Of a stretch of DNA of 64,000 nt, positions 9,183-18,858 are shown one piece after another. A program made the position numbers and the translations under genes. The stretch comes from Candidatus Latescibacterota bacterium (lineage in GTDB: Bacteria; Latescibacterota; UBA2968), in assembly GCA_965205975.1 (NCBI GenBank), contig OZ242195.1:2848001-2912000 (forward strand). The letters are read 5' to 3'. The notes under the pieces were generated by a model. That model saw nothing but the letters and a program-made list of their open reading frames with translations, had not been told where the DNA came from and searched no databases. How positions within the stretch are numbered: position 1 is the first letter of the stretch; each line of letters starts with the position of its first letter.

Positions 9183-10787
9183 CTAAACACCTGTCTTGAG
9201 CACATGCCGTTGCAAGCCGGGAATATGAATATCTTTTACGTAAACGGGCCAATCTATGCGCGAAACATCACAATTAAAAATCTCTTTGTCTTCTGCATCC
9301 AGGCTGTCAAACAACCGATTCATATTGTCGTTTTGAAACACGCAATCCAGAGAAATATAAGAACCGTAAATATCGGTAAGTGCCAGCGTATTTTCCAAAG
9401 TGGCATTCAAAATCGATAATTGGCGTTTGCGTTTTGAGACATTGGCCATTGGCACCCAATCCAGTGCCCGTTGCAAAATTTTGAGTGGCAATAGATACTT
9501 ATAGCGCAACTTTCGACGAAATTGTGACAATGTCGGATAGGTCCACGGCGTCACCGCAATGGGTTTGCCATTGCGATCGCGCATTGGATTGTTCACAAAA
9601 TACTCGTACACATACTGGACGACCTCACCCACCGTGACCGGATTTTTTGCACTTGTCGTCACATGATAAACCTTCAAATCGGCATTTGCACGGATAGAAG
9701 GCAAAACACTGATAATAACATTGATAATAATATCCACGGGAATAACGTCTAAAACCGCTTCTGGACGCGCTGGAAAATCCGTCAAACGCCCCTTGCCGTA
9801 GTGTGCAATAAGCGGATCGGCCACTTTTAGCCCCTCCAGCCATCCCGGCTCTGGATCGGACAAACTGCTCTCAATAATAGAAGGGCGCACGATCACGGTT
9901 GGCAAATCGCCCCGGGTCTTGGCAATCATCTGCTCACCCATGGCTTTGGTAAAAGAATAACTGTCGTGCCAGCCCAACTCTCGCCCGCGCTTTATGCCGC
10001 GTGCCACCATCCGTTCCCGCACCCAGCGCTGGCGCAAGGCCTCCAACTGATGTTCTCGCCGATGTGCTGTAACGCGCTTGCCCCGGTCCTGCCGGTCCAG
10101 CAACCGCGTAAATTCCGCAAATCGCTCGGGACTCCGCGACGACGCCTCTACTTCGCGGCTATACGTTAGAATATCTTCAATTTCCGAATCCAGACTATAA
10201 TCGGGCGCGCGACCATTTCCCATCTGTTGTGCCACCGTTTGATCGGGCACGGGCGCGTCTTCAGAAATAATTCTCTTTTGCCGCCCATTGACATAAGCCG
10301 TTGAAACATGCACCAGCACAGCATCTCGACATGCTTTGGCAAATTCGACAACGCGCCTGGCTCCAAGTGTATTTTGCGCCAGGGCCAAATCCAGTGGCGC
10401 GTCAAAAACCACATTGGCCGCGCTATTTATCACAATATCAACTTCATGGATCAACCGCGCATATGTCTCCGCGTCCATGCCGAGATGATCTTGTGTCAAA
10501 TCGCTCGGCACTGCAATGACTTTTTCGCGCATCACAGAATCAAAACGATCCCCGAGTTCTGTGCGCAATCGCGTAAAGGCACTGGATTGCAAAATCTCCC
10601 TTTGCAATCGATCTTCGGCACTAATGGGCTTGCCCCCTCCTCGCCTTTGAGGTCGCACCATGAGATAAATGCGCCCAACATCTGGCGCATGGCAAAGGAT
10701 TTTTCCCACCAATCCCTTGGCCAAAAAACCAGTTGCACCTGTAACAAACAGAACCTTGTGATTCAAAAATGGAATAACGGCACTCAT
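9183..10787 (-). CDS. Alcohol-forming fatty acyl-CoA reductase (FAR, male-sterility family)
   Basis: TGATGFLAK, HVSTAYV, YSFTKAMGE, RPSIIES..EPGW, C-terminal FNCDVSRIDW..Y...IPGL. Confidence 0.92.
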   Translation of the reverse strand: MSAVIPFLNHKVLFVTGATGFLAKGLVGKILCHAPDVGRIYLMVRPQRRGGGKPISAEDRLQREILQSSAFTRLRTELGDRFDSVMREKVIAVPSDLTQDHLGMDAETYARLIHEVDIVINSAANVVFDAPLDLALAQNTLGARRVVEFAKACRDAVLVHVSTAYVNGRQKRIISEDAPVPDQTVAQQMGNGRAPDYSLDSEIEDILTYSREVEASSRSPERFAEFTRLLDRQDRGKRVTAHRREHQLEALRQRWVRERMVARGIKRGRELGWHDSYSFTKAMGEQMIAKTRGDLPTVIVRPSIIESSLSDPEPGWLEGLKVADPLIAHYGKGRLTDFPARPEAVLDVIPVDIIINVIISVLPSIRANADLKVYHVTTSAKNPVTVGEVVQYVYEYFVNNPMRDRNGKPIAVTPWTYPTLSQFRRKLRYKYLLPLKILQRALDWVPMANVSKRKRQLSILNATLENTLALTDIYGSYISLDCVFQNDNMNRLFDSLDAEDKEIFNCDVSRIDWPVYVKDIHIPGLQRHVLKTGV

Positions 10788-10847
10788 AAAAAGACCCCGG
10801 CATTTCCAAAAAAATTAAAACGCAACAGCACGAAAACCACCATCCCA

Positions 10848-10876
10848 ATTAAAGGCGACCATTAGACTTGTGTCAA
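10848..10876 (-). promoter_or_regulatory. Sigma70-type promoter for the FAR operon
   Basis: Minus strand TTGACA-N17-TTTAAT. Confidence 0.65.
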
Positions 10877-10924
10877 CCCCTTTCTCGCGCAGTTCACAAG
10901 CGCAAATCCTTATCAAAAATGGGG

Positions 10925-10953
10925 TTGACAAAAAAAAGCTCAACTCCTATCTT
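10925..10953 (+). promoter_or_regulatory. Sigma70-type promoter for the ndk/fab operon
   Basis: TTGACA-N17-TATCTT. Confidence 0.7.
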
Positions 10954-11002
10954 GTCCATCTTCGAGCCGATATGAGCCTATTTTCTTTATGGAATTTTAT
11001 GC

Positions 11003-11401
11003 ATGGAACGCACCTTGCTCATCGTCAAACCCGACGCTGTTGCACAAAATGTAATCGGTGAAATTATTCACCGTCTCGAAAAAAAAAGCTTTCGGATTGT
11101 AAATCTGGAAATGGTTCGCCTCACGCGCAAACAGGCCGCCGAATTTTATGCAGTACATCGCCAACGACCTTTTTACAACGACTTGCTCGATTTTATGACC
11201 TCCGGTCCCTGTGTACCCATGGCACTCGAGCGAGACAACGCCGTCGCATTTTTGCGCGAAGTCATTGGCAACACCAATCCTGAAGAAGCCGCAGAAGGAA
11301 CCATTCGCAAAGACTTTGCAACCGATATTCAAAACAATGCCGTACACGCCTCAGATTCACTGGAAAATGCAGCCAAAGAAGTGGCTTTCTTTTTTGGGTA
11401 A
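11003..11401 (+). CDS. ndk: Nucleoside diphosphate kinase
   Basis: [27 protein letters not shown]. Confidence 0.97.
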   Translation: MERTLLIVKPDAVAQNVIGEIIHRLEKKSFRIVNLEMVRLTRKQAAEFYAVHRQRPFYNDLLDFMTSGPCVPMALERDNAVAFLREVIGNTNPEEAAEGTIRKDFATDIQNNAVHASDSLENAAKEVAFFFG

Positions 11402-11418
11402 AAGAGATCAACTACCTT

Positions 11419-11934
11419 ATGAAAATCGACCTGAGAGATATACAAGAAGGCGAGACCGAACTTTCGTTTGAAGAAACGCCTGCCGACCTGCACATTACCG
11501 AAGAAGACACCCAATTTGCAGGTGCCATAAACACCCGTCTCGTCGTGTACAAATTTGGCGACTCGCTCTCCGCCAAAGGGCAAACCACCTGTCTGGTGCG
11601 CCCCGAATGCGCGCGGTGCCTGGAACCCATCGAATTTCCCATCGCCATCTCATACACATTCGTTTTTCAAAAAGGGCGTCCCGACCAGATGAATGATGAC
11701 GATGACGAAACGCTGGTCTGGCTCAATGAAGAACCCGGAGAGATAGACCTAGGCAATGACGTGAAAGATTATATTTTGCTCGAACTGCCCATGATTCCAA
11801 CCTGTGCTGCATCGCCTTCTGGCCCTTGTGAACGCTATGAGCAAGACCCCCATGAATTGCTGGAATACGAGCGTGAAAAGAGTCTCGACCCGCGCTGGGA
11901 TGCTCTCCGCGCACTAAAAGAAAACGAACAGTAA
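11419..11934 (+). CDS. yceD: YceD/DUF177 family protein
   Basis: CARCL, LELPM..C, DPRWDAL; upstream of rpmF. Confidence 0.9.
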   Translation: MKIDLRDIQEGETELSFEETPADLHITEEDTQFAGAINTRLVVYKFGDSLSAKGQTTCLVRPECARCLEPIEFPIAISYTFVFQKGRPDQMNDDDDETLVWLNEEPGEIDLGNDVKDYILLELPMIPTCAASPSGPCERYEQDPHELLEYEREKSLDPRWDALRALKENEQ

Positions 11935-11963
11935 ACAGAGCATCAATCAAAAAGGATACCACC

Positions 11964-12146
11964 ATGGCCAACCCCAAACGAAAAAGTTCAAATTCCCGCA
12001 CAGGTAAACGCCGTGCCAATTGGAAGCTGCGTCAACCCACTTTTAACGCCTGTCCCAACTGTGGGCAGCAAAAAATACCCCATCGGGTCTGTGGAAATTG
12101 CGGTTATTACAATGGACGCGAAGTGGTTGAAACCGATGGCTTTTAG
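11964..12146 (+). CDS. rpmF: 50S ribosomal protein L32 (zinc-ribbon type)
   Basis: MANPKRK, CPNC..PHRVCGNCGYY. Confidence 0.97.
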   Translation: MANPKRKSSNSRTGKRRANWKLRQPTFNACPNCGQQKIPHRVCGNCGYYNGREVVETDGF

Positions 12147-12190
12147 TTTGGTCTAACATCGCGCAGACTTTGAGGAGCAGAGTAATTATC

Positions 12191-13183
12191 ATGTACCCCC
12201 TTACAGCCACCATTACCGGGGTTGGGCACTATGTCCCAGAACAAAAGCTGACCAATACCGACCTCGAAAAAATGGTCGATACATCCGACGAGTGGATCAC
12301 ATCCCGCACTGGCATCAAAGAACGCCGCATTCTCGACGAGGGATTGGGCACATCTTTTATGGCTCTAAAATCTCTGGAATCCATTCTGCACAACAAAGGA
12401 CTCGATGCCAGAGATATCGATCTGATCATCGTTGCGACCATCACGCCCGACATGGTATTTCCATCAACGGCCTGTCTGGTACAGGACCAAATTGGTGCCA
12501 CAAATGCCTGGGCTTTTGATCTGGCGGCAGCCTGTAGCGGTTTTTTATATGCTCTGATGGTAGGGGGGCAATTTATTGAAACGGGCGCACACAAACGCGT
12601 AGTCGTCATCGGAGCCGACAAAATGAGCAGCATTACAGACTACGCCGATCGCGACACCTGTGTGCTCTTTGGCGATGGCGCGGGTGCCGTTTTACTCGAA
12701 TCAGGCGAGCCCGGTTTCGGGCTTAAAGACTTTATCCTCTATTCTGATGGCAGCGGCGTAAAATATCTGCGGCAACCCGCTGGCGGCAGTCTGCTTCCCG
12801 CCTCTCGTGAAACCGTTGAAAAAAAAATGCATTATATTTATCAAGATGGTCGCGAAGTTTTCAAATTTGCAGTCCCCAAAATGGCGGAAGTTTCCGCTCA
12901 AATTCTCGAACGAAACGGCCTTATCGGCAAAGACATCGCGCTTTTTGTGCCGCATCAGGCCAACAAACGCATCATTGACGCCTGTGTCAAACGTACAGAT
13001 ATACCCGAAGATCGCGTTGTGGTCAATATCGACCGCTATGCCAACACTTCGGCTGCCACCATTCCCCTTGGTCTATCTGAAGCAGCCGAACAGGGCCGTC
13101 TCAATCGCGGTGACAACGTGTTGCTCGCCAGTGCCGGTGCGGGATATACCTGGGGCAGCACCCTGCTAACCTGGGCTTATTAG
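12191..13183 (+). CDS. fabH: 3-oxoacyl-ACP synthase III
   Basis: DTSDEWITSRTGI, AACSGF, PHQAN, NTSAA. Confidence 0.97.
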   Translation: MYPLTATITGVGHYVPEQKLTNTDLEKMVDTSDEWITSRTGIKERRILDEGLGTSFMALKSLESILHNKGLDARDIDLIIVATITPDMVFPSTACLVQDQIGATNAWAFDLAAACSGFLYALMVGGQFIETGAHKRVVVIGADKMSSITDYADRDTCVLFGDGAGAVLLESGEPGFGLKDFILYSDGSGVKYLRQPAGGSLLPASRETVEKKMHYIYQDGREVFKFAVPKMAEVSAQILERNGLIGKDIALFVPHQANKRIIDACVKRTDIPEDRVVVNIDRYANTSAATIPLGLSEAAEQGRLNRGDNVLLASAGAGYTWGSTLLTWAY

Positions 13184-14116
13184 ATGGAAAAAAAAACTTT
13201 CCTATTTCCAGGACAAGGCTCCCAATTCGTTGGCATGGGATACGATCTGTATAGAAGCGCACCGGAAGCGCACCAAATTTTTGATCTTGCCGACGATGTG
13301 CTCGATATAGACATTAAGTCATTCTGCTTCAATGGTCCTGCCGAGTCACTCAAACAAACCGCAGTCACACAACCGGCAATTTTTGCCCACAGCATTGCCG
13401 CTCTTGAAGTAATTAAAAGCCGGGGACTGCACCCCGACCTCGTGGCAGGACACAGTGTTGGAGAACTCGCCGCGCTTGTTGCGGCGGGTGTTATGCGCGT
13501 CGAAGATGGCTTTCGAGTCGTCAGCGTTCGCGGACATGCCATGCAAGTCGCGGGAAAAATTCGGCCAGGTGCCATGGCAGCTGTGCTCGGTCTCGACGAC
13601 GACGTAATGATTCGGCTTTGCGACGACCTCAGTTCTTCGGGTCATGTCACAACAGCCAATTTCAATTGTCCGGGGCAAGTAGTCTTATCTGGCGAGGAAA
13701 ATGCCATTGACGAAGCACTTGAAAAAGCCAAAGCACTGGGAGCCAAACGCGCTGTGCTCTTGCCCGTAGGCGGCGCATTTCATTCGGCCCTGATGCAACC
13801 AGCCGTAACAGCACTGACCGATATACTCGAAGATGTGCCATTTGTGCGGGCGCAAATTCCCGTGATCCCCAATGTCACGGCTGAACCCACACGCGATCCA
13901 GACCTGCTCAAAGACCTGTTGATCAAGCAAGTTATTTCGCCTGTTCGATGGACAGAATCCATGCAACGGCTCATAGCAGAAGGCATGACCGAAGCCCTCG
14001 AAGTGGGACCAGGCAATGTGCTCAAGGGTCTCATGCGCCGAATCGACCGCAATATGTTAGTCCGCGAAGCCGGCACATTGGAAGCCATTGAACAACTGAA
14101 AGGCAGTAGTCAGTAG
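13184..14116 (+). CDS. fabD: Malonyl-CoA:ACP transacylase
   Basis: FPGQGSQ, GHSVGE, AFHS. Confidence 0.97.
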   Translation: MEKKTFLFPGQGSQFVGMGYDLYRSAPEAHQIFDLADDVLDIDIKSFCFNGPAESLKQTAVTQPAIFAHSIAALEVIKSRGLHPDLVAGHSVGELAALVAAGVMRVEDGFRVVSVRGHAMQVAGKIRPGAMAAVLGLDDDVMIRLCDDLSSSGHVTTANFNCPGQVVLSGEENAIDEALEKAKALGAKRAVLLPVGGAFHSALMQPAVTALTDILEDVPFVRAQIPVIPNVTAEPTRDPDLLKDLLIKQVISPVRWTESMQRLIAEGMTEALEVGPGNVLKGLMRRIDRNMLVREAGTLEAIEQLKGSSQ

Positions 14117-14177
14117 CCAGTAGCCAGTGACCCCGCACAGCCACCCTGGGTTGGGTGGTTGGGACTGACAACTGACA
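14105..14177. repeat. Intergenic element with inverted short tandem repeats
   Basis: agtagtcagtagccagtagccagt ... actgacaactgac. Confidence 0.55.
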
Positions 14178-14185
14178 ATCATCTC

Positions 14186-14932
14186 ATGAACCGACTCACA
14201 GATAAAACAGCTCTTATAACAGGTGGGTCTCGCGGTATTGGCGCGGCCATTGCCCTGCGCCTTGCGCGCGAAGGAGCCAACATCGCCGTATGTGCCAGCC
14301 AAAGCACGGAAGCTGCAGAAGTCGTGGCCAAAAAAATCCGCGAACAGGGCAGAGAGGCCATTGTACGACAAACCGATGTATCCAATGCCGAATCAGTTGA
14401 AGCCCTTGTAGAGACCGTCCTCGACACCTGGGGCAAAATTGATATACTCGTCAACAATGCGGGTATCACCCGCGACAATTTGCTGATGCGTATGAAAGAA
14501 GATCAGTGGGATGCTGTTCTTGACGTCAACCTCAAAGGTGCGTACCATTGTATCAAAGCCGTCACCCGTCCCATGATGAAGGCGCGAACCGGTCGTATCA
14601 TCAACGTCTCATCGGTCGTCGGACTCACGGGCAATGCAGGGCAGATCAATTACGCCGCATCCAAATCGGGCCTTATTGGCCTGACCAAATCGGTAGCCAG
14701 AGAATTAGCCAGCCGCAATATTACGGCCAACGCCATTGCGCCCGGATTTATCCCAACTGACATGACCGCCAAACTCAACCCTAAAATACAAGAACAGTTG
14801 ATCGCACAGATTCCACTGGGCAAACTCGGTAGCCCCGACGATGTCGCTGCTGCCACAGCCTTTCTCGCCTCTGACGACGCTGCTTATATTACTGGACAGG
14901 TTCTCGTTGTCGATGGCGGAATGGTGATGTAA
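14186..14932 (+). CDS. fabG: 3-oxoacyl-ACP reductase
   Basis: TGGSRGIG, NNAGITRDNL, YAASK. Confidence 0.97.
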   Translation: MNRLTDKTALITGGSRGIGAAIALRLAREGANIAVCASQSTEAAEVVAKKIREQGREAIVRQTDVSNAESVEALVETVLDTWGKIDILVNNAGITRDNLLMRMKEDQWDAVLDVNLKGAYHCIKAVTRPMMKARTGRIINVSSVVGLTGNAGQINYAASKSGLIGLTKSVARELASRNITANAIAPGFIPTDMTAKLNPKIQEQLIAQIPLGKLGSPDDVAAATAFLASDDAAYITGQVLVVDGGMVM

Positions 14933-14966
14933 ATAATCACTACACACTACACACGGAGGGCTTCAC

Positions 14967-15206
14967 ATGACCGATGATATTCAACAAAAAGTTACCGACC
15001 TGATCGTTGACCAACTCGGGGTCGATGCCGATAGCGTCAATGCCGACGCCCATTTTATTGACGATCTGGGCGCAGACTCACTCGACACAGTCGAACTGGT
15101 CATGGCTTTCGAAGAAGAATTTGACATGGAAATCTCAGATGAAGACGCTGAAAAGCTCGAAACAGTTGGCGATGCCATTGCATACTTAGACGAACGTCTG
15201 GATTAA
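14967..15206 (+). CDS. acpP: Acyl carrier protein
   Basis: [14 protein letters not shown]. Confidence 0.98.
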   Translation: MTDDIQQKVTDLIVDQLGVDADSVNADAHFIDDLGADSLDTVELVMAFEEEFDMEISDEDAEKLETVGDAIAYLDERLD

Positions 15207-15214
15207 TTCGGAAA

Positions 15215-15247
15215 CTGAAGACTGGAAACCCTATCTCCAGCCTTCAG
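15215..15247 (+). other. Intergenic hairpin between acpP and fabF
   Basis: ctgaagactgga ... tccagccttcag. Confidence 0.5.
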
Positions 15248-15258
15248 GAGGTCATTCT

Positions 15259-16509
15259 TTGAACAAACAACGCAGAGTGGTCATCACCGGCATGGGCACA
15301 CTTGCTCCCAATGGCAATACCACACAAAGCTATTGGGAAGCACTGTGCAATGGACAAACAGGTGTTGGCCCCATAACAAAATTTGACGCCACCGATTTCC
15401 GCGTGCAATTTGCTGCCGAAATCAAAAACTTTGATCCAGAACACTTTGGCATTGATCGTCGCAGCCAGCGTCGTATGGACCTCTTTACCCAATACGCCAT
15501 AGCATCATCTGTTCAAGCCGTGGGAAACGCGGGGCTCGACATCTGCAATGAACAGGCCGAACGCATCGGGGTTGTATTTGGCTCGGGCATTGGCGGCATC
15601 CAAACCTTTGAAGATCAGCACGAAGCCTATCGCAAAGATGGTCCAAGACGCATCAGTCCGCTTTTTGTGCCCATGATGATCCCTGACATGTCCGCAGGTC
15701 AAGTGTCCATCCACCTTGGTGCCAAAGGTCCCAATTATACCACCGTCACAGCTTGCGCCTCGGCAGCCCATGCCATTGGCAATGCAGCCCGCGAAATTTG
15801 GGACGACGAAGCCGATATCATGATCACAGGGGGGGCAGAAGCCGCCATTACACCGATGTCAGTCGGTGGATTTGCCTCAGCGCGAACGCTTTCAACCCGC
15901 AACGACGCCCCAACGCAAGCCAGTCGCCCCTTTGACGCAGACCGAGATGGGTTTGTAATTGGAGAAGGTGCCGGTGGGCTTGTTCTGGAAGAACTCGAAC
16001 ACGCAACACAACGAGGCGCCACTATTTATGCCGAAGTGGTAGGAGCCGGTTACACGGGTGATGCCTATCACATTACCGGTATGGCCCCTGGCGGTGAGGG
16101 GGGTGCCCGCGCCATGTGCCGCGCCATGCGACAGGCGCAGATCAATCCCGAAGACGTGTCTTACATCAACGCACACGGCACATCAACACCCGTGGGTGAC
16201 CCGGCAGAAACAGCTGCCATCAAATCCGTATTTGGCGACTATGCCAAAAAGCTCGCCGTCAGTTCGACAAAATCTATGACTGGCCATCTTTTGGGAGCTT
16301 CGGGTGCGATTGAAACTATCGCGGCAACCCTATCAGTTCATCACAATGTGGTGCCGCCCACGATCAACTATGAAACACCCGATCCAGAATGCGATCTCGA
16401 TTACGTGCCCAACGAAGCGCGAGAAATACCCGTTGAAATAGCCATCAGCAACTCCTTCGGCTTCGGTGGTCACAACGCAGTCCTCATCCTGCGTAAGTTT
16501 CGCAACTAA
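15259..16509 (+). CDS. fabF: 3-oxoacyl-ACP synthase II
   Basis: TACAS, NAHGTST, KSMTGHLLGA, NSFGFGG. Confidence 0.97.
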   Translation: MNKQRRVVITGMGTLAPNGNTTQSYWEALCNGQTGVGPITKFDATDFRVQFAAEIKNFDPEHFGIDRRSQRRMDLFTQYAIASSVQAVGNAGLDICNEQAERIGVVFGSGIGGIQTFEDQHEAYRKDGPRRISPLFVPMMIPDMSAGQVSIHLGAKGPNYTTVTACASAAHAIGNAAREIWDDEADIMITGGAEAAITPMSVGGFASARTLSTRNDAPTQASRPFDADRDGFVIGEGAGGLVLEELEHATQRGATIYAEVVGAGYTGDAYHITGMAPGGEGGARAMCRAMRQAQINPEDVSYINAHGTSTPVGDPAETAAIKSVFGDYAKKLAVSSTKSMTGHLLGASGAIETIAATLSVHHNVVPPTINYETPDPECDLDYVPNEAREIPVEIAISNSFGFGGHNAVLILRKFRN

Positions 16510-16520
16510 CGAGACCATAC

Positions 16521-17297
16521 ATGTTACGCGACTTGAAAGGGGGCGGTTTTATCCGACTCGGAACCGTCTTACAAACAATCAGACGCTGGTCCGCAGGCAG
16601 CACAGTGCGTTCTCAAGAAGAGCTCCAGCGCAACCTCAGCTATACCTTCTCCAATACCGCTTTACTCGAACAAGCACTCAAACACCGATCCTATGTTTAC
16701 GTCACTCAGGAAGGCAGCATTGCGTCCAATGAACGTCTGGAATTTTTGGGCGATGCCGTGCTCGATCTTATTGTGACAGAATATCTCTACAATCGATTTA
16801 AAAATAAAAGAGAAGGCGAACTCACACAGATCAAGTCTCTGCTCGTCAGCAAGGTGGTCCTGGCCGAAAAAGGCCGAAAAATCCAACTTGGAGAATATCT
16901 CTATTTGAGCAAAGAAGAAATCTCATCTGGCGGACGCCAACGCACCTCGATTATAGGCGATGCTTTTGAAGCACTCTTAGGTGCGATTTACCTCGACGGT
17001 GGCCTTGAAGCTGCCCGCACATTTGTAGAGCGCACAATTCTAACCGATGTTGAAGAAATACTCTCCGATGGCAACTATCTCAACTTCAAAAGCCTGCTTC
17101 TCGAACATACGCAGAGTACGGGAAAGGGTTATCCGCGATATCAACCCATATCCGAAGAAGGCCCAGATCATCGAAAAATTTTCTTTATTGAAGTAACCCT
17201 CCAGGGCGATCGATTGGGCGAGGGACAGGGGCGCAGTAAAAAAGAAGCCCAACAGATGGCCGCAAAAGACGCGCTCAGACATCTGGGCCTACACTAA
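16521..17297 (+). CDS. rnc: Ribonuclease III
   Basis: NERLEFLGDAVL plus C-terminal dsRBD (SKKEAQQMAA). Confidence 0.96.
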   Translation: MLRDLKGGGFIRLGTVLQTIRRWSAGSTVRSQEELQRNLSYTFSNTALLEQALKHRSYVYVTQEGSIASNERLEFLGDAVLDLIVTEYLYNRFKNKREGELTQIKSLLVSKVVLAEKGRKIQLGEYLYLSKEEISSGGRQRTSIIGDAFEALLGAIYLDGGLEAARTFVERTILTDVEEILSDGNYLNFKSLLLEHTQSTGKGYPRYQPISEEGPDHRKIFFIEVTLQGDRLGEGQGRSKKEAQQMAAKDALRHLGLH

Positions 17298-17299
17298 CC

Positions 17300-18133
17300 A
17301 TGACACAATGCAATCCCCCCACATGGCGTTTCCTGAATACTCAACACGGAAACGCCTTTTTTAATATGGCAGTCGATGAAGCTCTCGTGCGCTCGATAGG
17401 TGCTCAGCCCGCATTTCGCGTTTACGGGTGGCAACCGCCCGCGGTCTCTTTTGGATATGCACAGCGCATCAGCCGCGAAGTCGATGCTCAAAAAGTTCGC
17501 GAGCGCGGTATCGACATTGTCCGCCGTCCCACTGGTGGTCGCGCTGTCTTGCACTGGAACGAACTGACCTATAGCGTTATCTGCCCTGCCGATAATCCCG
17601 TGATGGGGGGCAATATCAACGAAGCCTATCGCAGAATCAGCGAGGGCCTTTTGGCGGGTATTTGCGATCTCGGTATTGATGCGACCTTTGAATCCCGCCG
17701 CCAGACACAGCCCTCACCGCGCGGCAAAGAACTCACCGCGCCCTGTTTTACCAGCACAGCGCAATACGAAGTCAAATTCAAGGGACGCAAACTCATCGGT
17801 AGCGCGCAACAGCGCATCGGCACAATGCTCTTGCAGCACGGGTCTCTCCTGCTCGGCCCAGAGCACAAACAAATCGCCGATCTTCTGCCCAGCGACAAAC
17901 CCGGCCTGAAAAAGCGTTTTGAACGCGAACTCGACCGCCACACCATCTCTCTCTCTGAAGCCCTCGCATCCCCCATCGATTTTAATACGGCGGCTGCCGC
18001 CATCCGACAAGGCATTCAAAAGACCTTTAACATCCAACTTATTGAAGCCGCACTCAGCAAAACCGAAATCGCCGAAACCCAACGCCTCATCGCCGAGAAA
18101 TACGCAACGCATGAATGGAATGACAAGTATTGA
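17300..18133 (+). CDS. Lipoate-protein ligase family (LipM/LplA-like)
   Basis: NMAVDEAL, RRPTGGRAVLH, KLIGSAQ, LQHGS. Confidence 0.92.
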   Translation: MTQCNPPTWRFLNTQHGNAFFNMAVDEALVRSIGAQPAFRVYGWQPPAVSFGYAQRISREVDAQKVRERGIDIVRRPTGGRAVLHWNELTYSVICPADNPVMGGNINEAYRRISEGLLAGICDLGIDATFESRRQTQPSPRGKELTAPCFTSTAQYEVKFKGRKLIGSAQQRIGTMLLQHGSLLLGPEHKQIADLLPSDKPGLKKRFERELDRHTISLSEALASPIDFNTAAAAIRQGIQKTFNIQLIEAALSKTEIAETQRLIAEKYATHEWNDKY

Positions 18134-18542
18134 ATCTTCAAAAACCTGGACCTCACATCCCCTGCGCGAAGAGCCTTTGGCAAAATCTTTTTTACTCGTG
18201 CTCATCATCCTGAGCGTCGCGTCTATTGTCGGCGTGAGCTTTCAAAGCATCACCTTCGCCTCTCTGTCACTCATATTGCTCACCGCGGCGATGTCCCGTT
18301 ATCTCTTTATAACGCGCTATGCTATTGACGCTCACGGTTTTACCATTTCACATATCGGTATGCGCAGGCAGTATTTGTGGACAAATTTTCGCCGTGTCTC
18401 AATCCATCCCGACGGCATCTTCTTAAGTCCTTTTGTCAAACCGCATCGTCTCGATACCTTTCGCGGTCAATTTCTGCGCTCCAAAAACCCCGCTGAGATC
18501 TACCATGTCGTCGAAAAACACATCGCTATTGACCCGGCTTAA
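18120..18542 (+). CDS. Small two-TM membrane protein
   Basis: Two hydrophobic segments; overlaps both neighbouring genes. Confidence 0.75.
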   Translation: MTSIESSKTWTSHPLREEPLAKSFLLVLIILSVASIVGVSFQSITFASLSLILLTAAMSRYLFITRYAIDAHGFTISHIGMRRQYLWTNFRRVSIHPDGIFLSPFVKPHRLDTFRGQFLRSKNPAEIYHVVEKHIAIDPA

Positions 18543-18858
18543 GAATTATTGCGCCCATGCCTTTGCCGTCTCTCCCCCCGAAAGTGCCATCACCAAAGAA
18601 GACGAAATTCTCGCCGAAAAAGCCGCCGCCTTCATCGTAGGGCGCAAACTCACAGCACCAGCCATCATGCTACTTGAAACCGGGCGCCCCTTTAACTATA
18701 TTGGCAGCCAACTTTTGACTTTTTTGTCGCCCTTCGTATCTATCATTTTTTCCTCAACAGCTGAGTTTGATCGCTTCACGCGCTTTCTGGAAAAACGGGA
18801 AAGCATTCCCTGCCTCATTCGCCACATTGAAACCCTGGAAAACAAAAACCATGGATAA
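18505..18858 (+). CDS. Hypothetical protein
   Basis: MSSKNTSLL...; coupled to the GlmL-like gene. Confidence 0.7.
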   Translation: MSSKNTSLLTRLKNYCAHAFAVSPPESAITKEDEILAEKAAAFIVGRKLTAPAIMLLETGRPFNYIGSQLLTFLSPFVSIIFSSTAEFDRFTRFLEKRESIPCLIRHIETLENKNHG

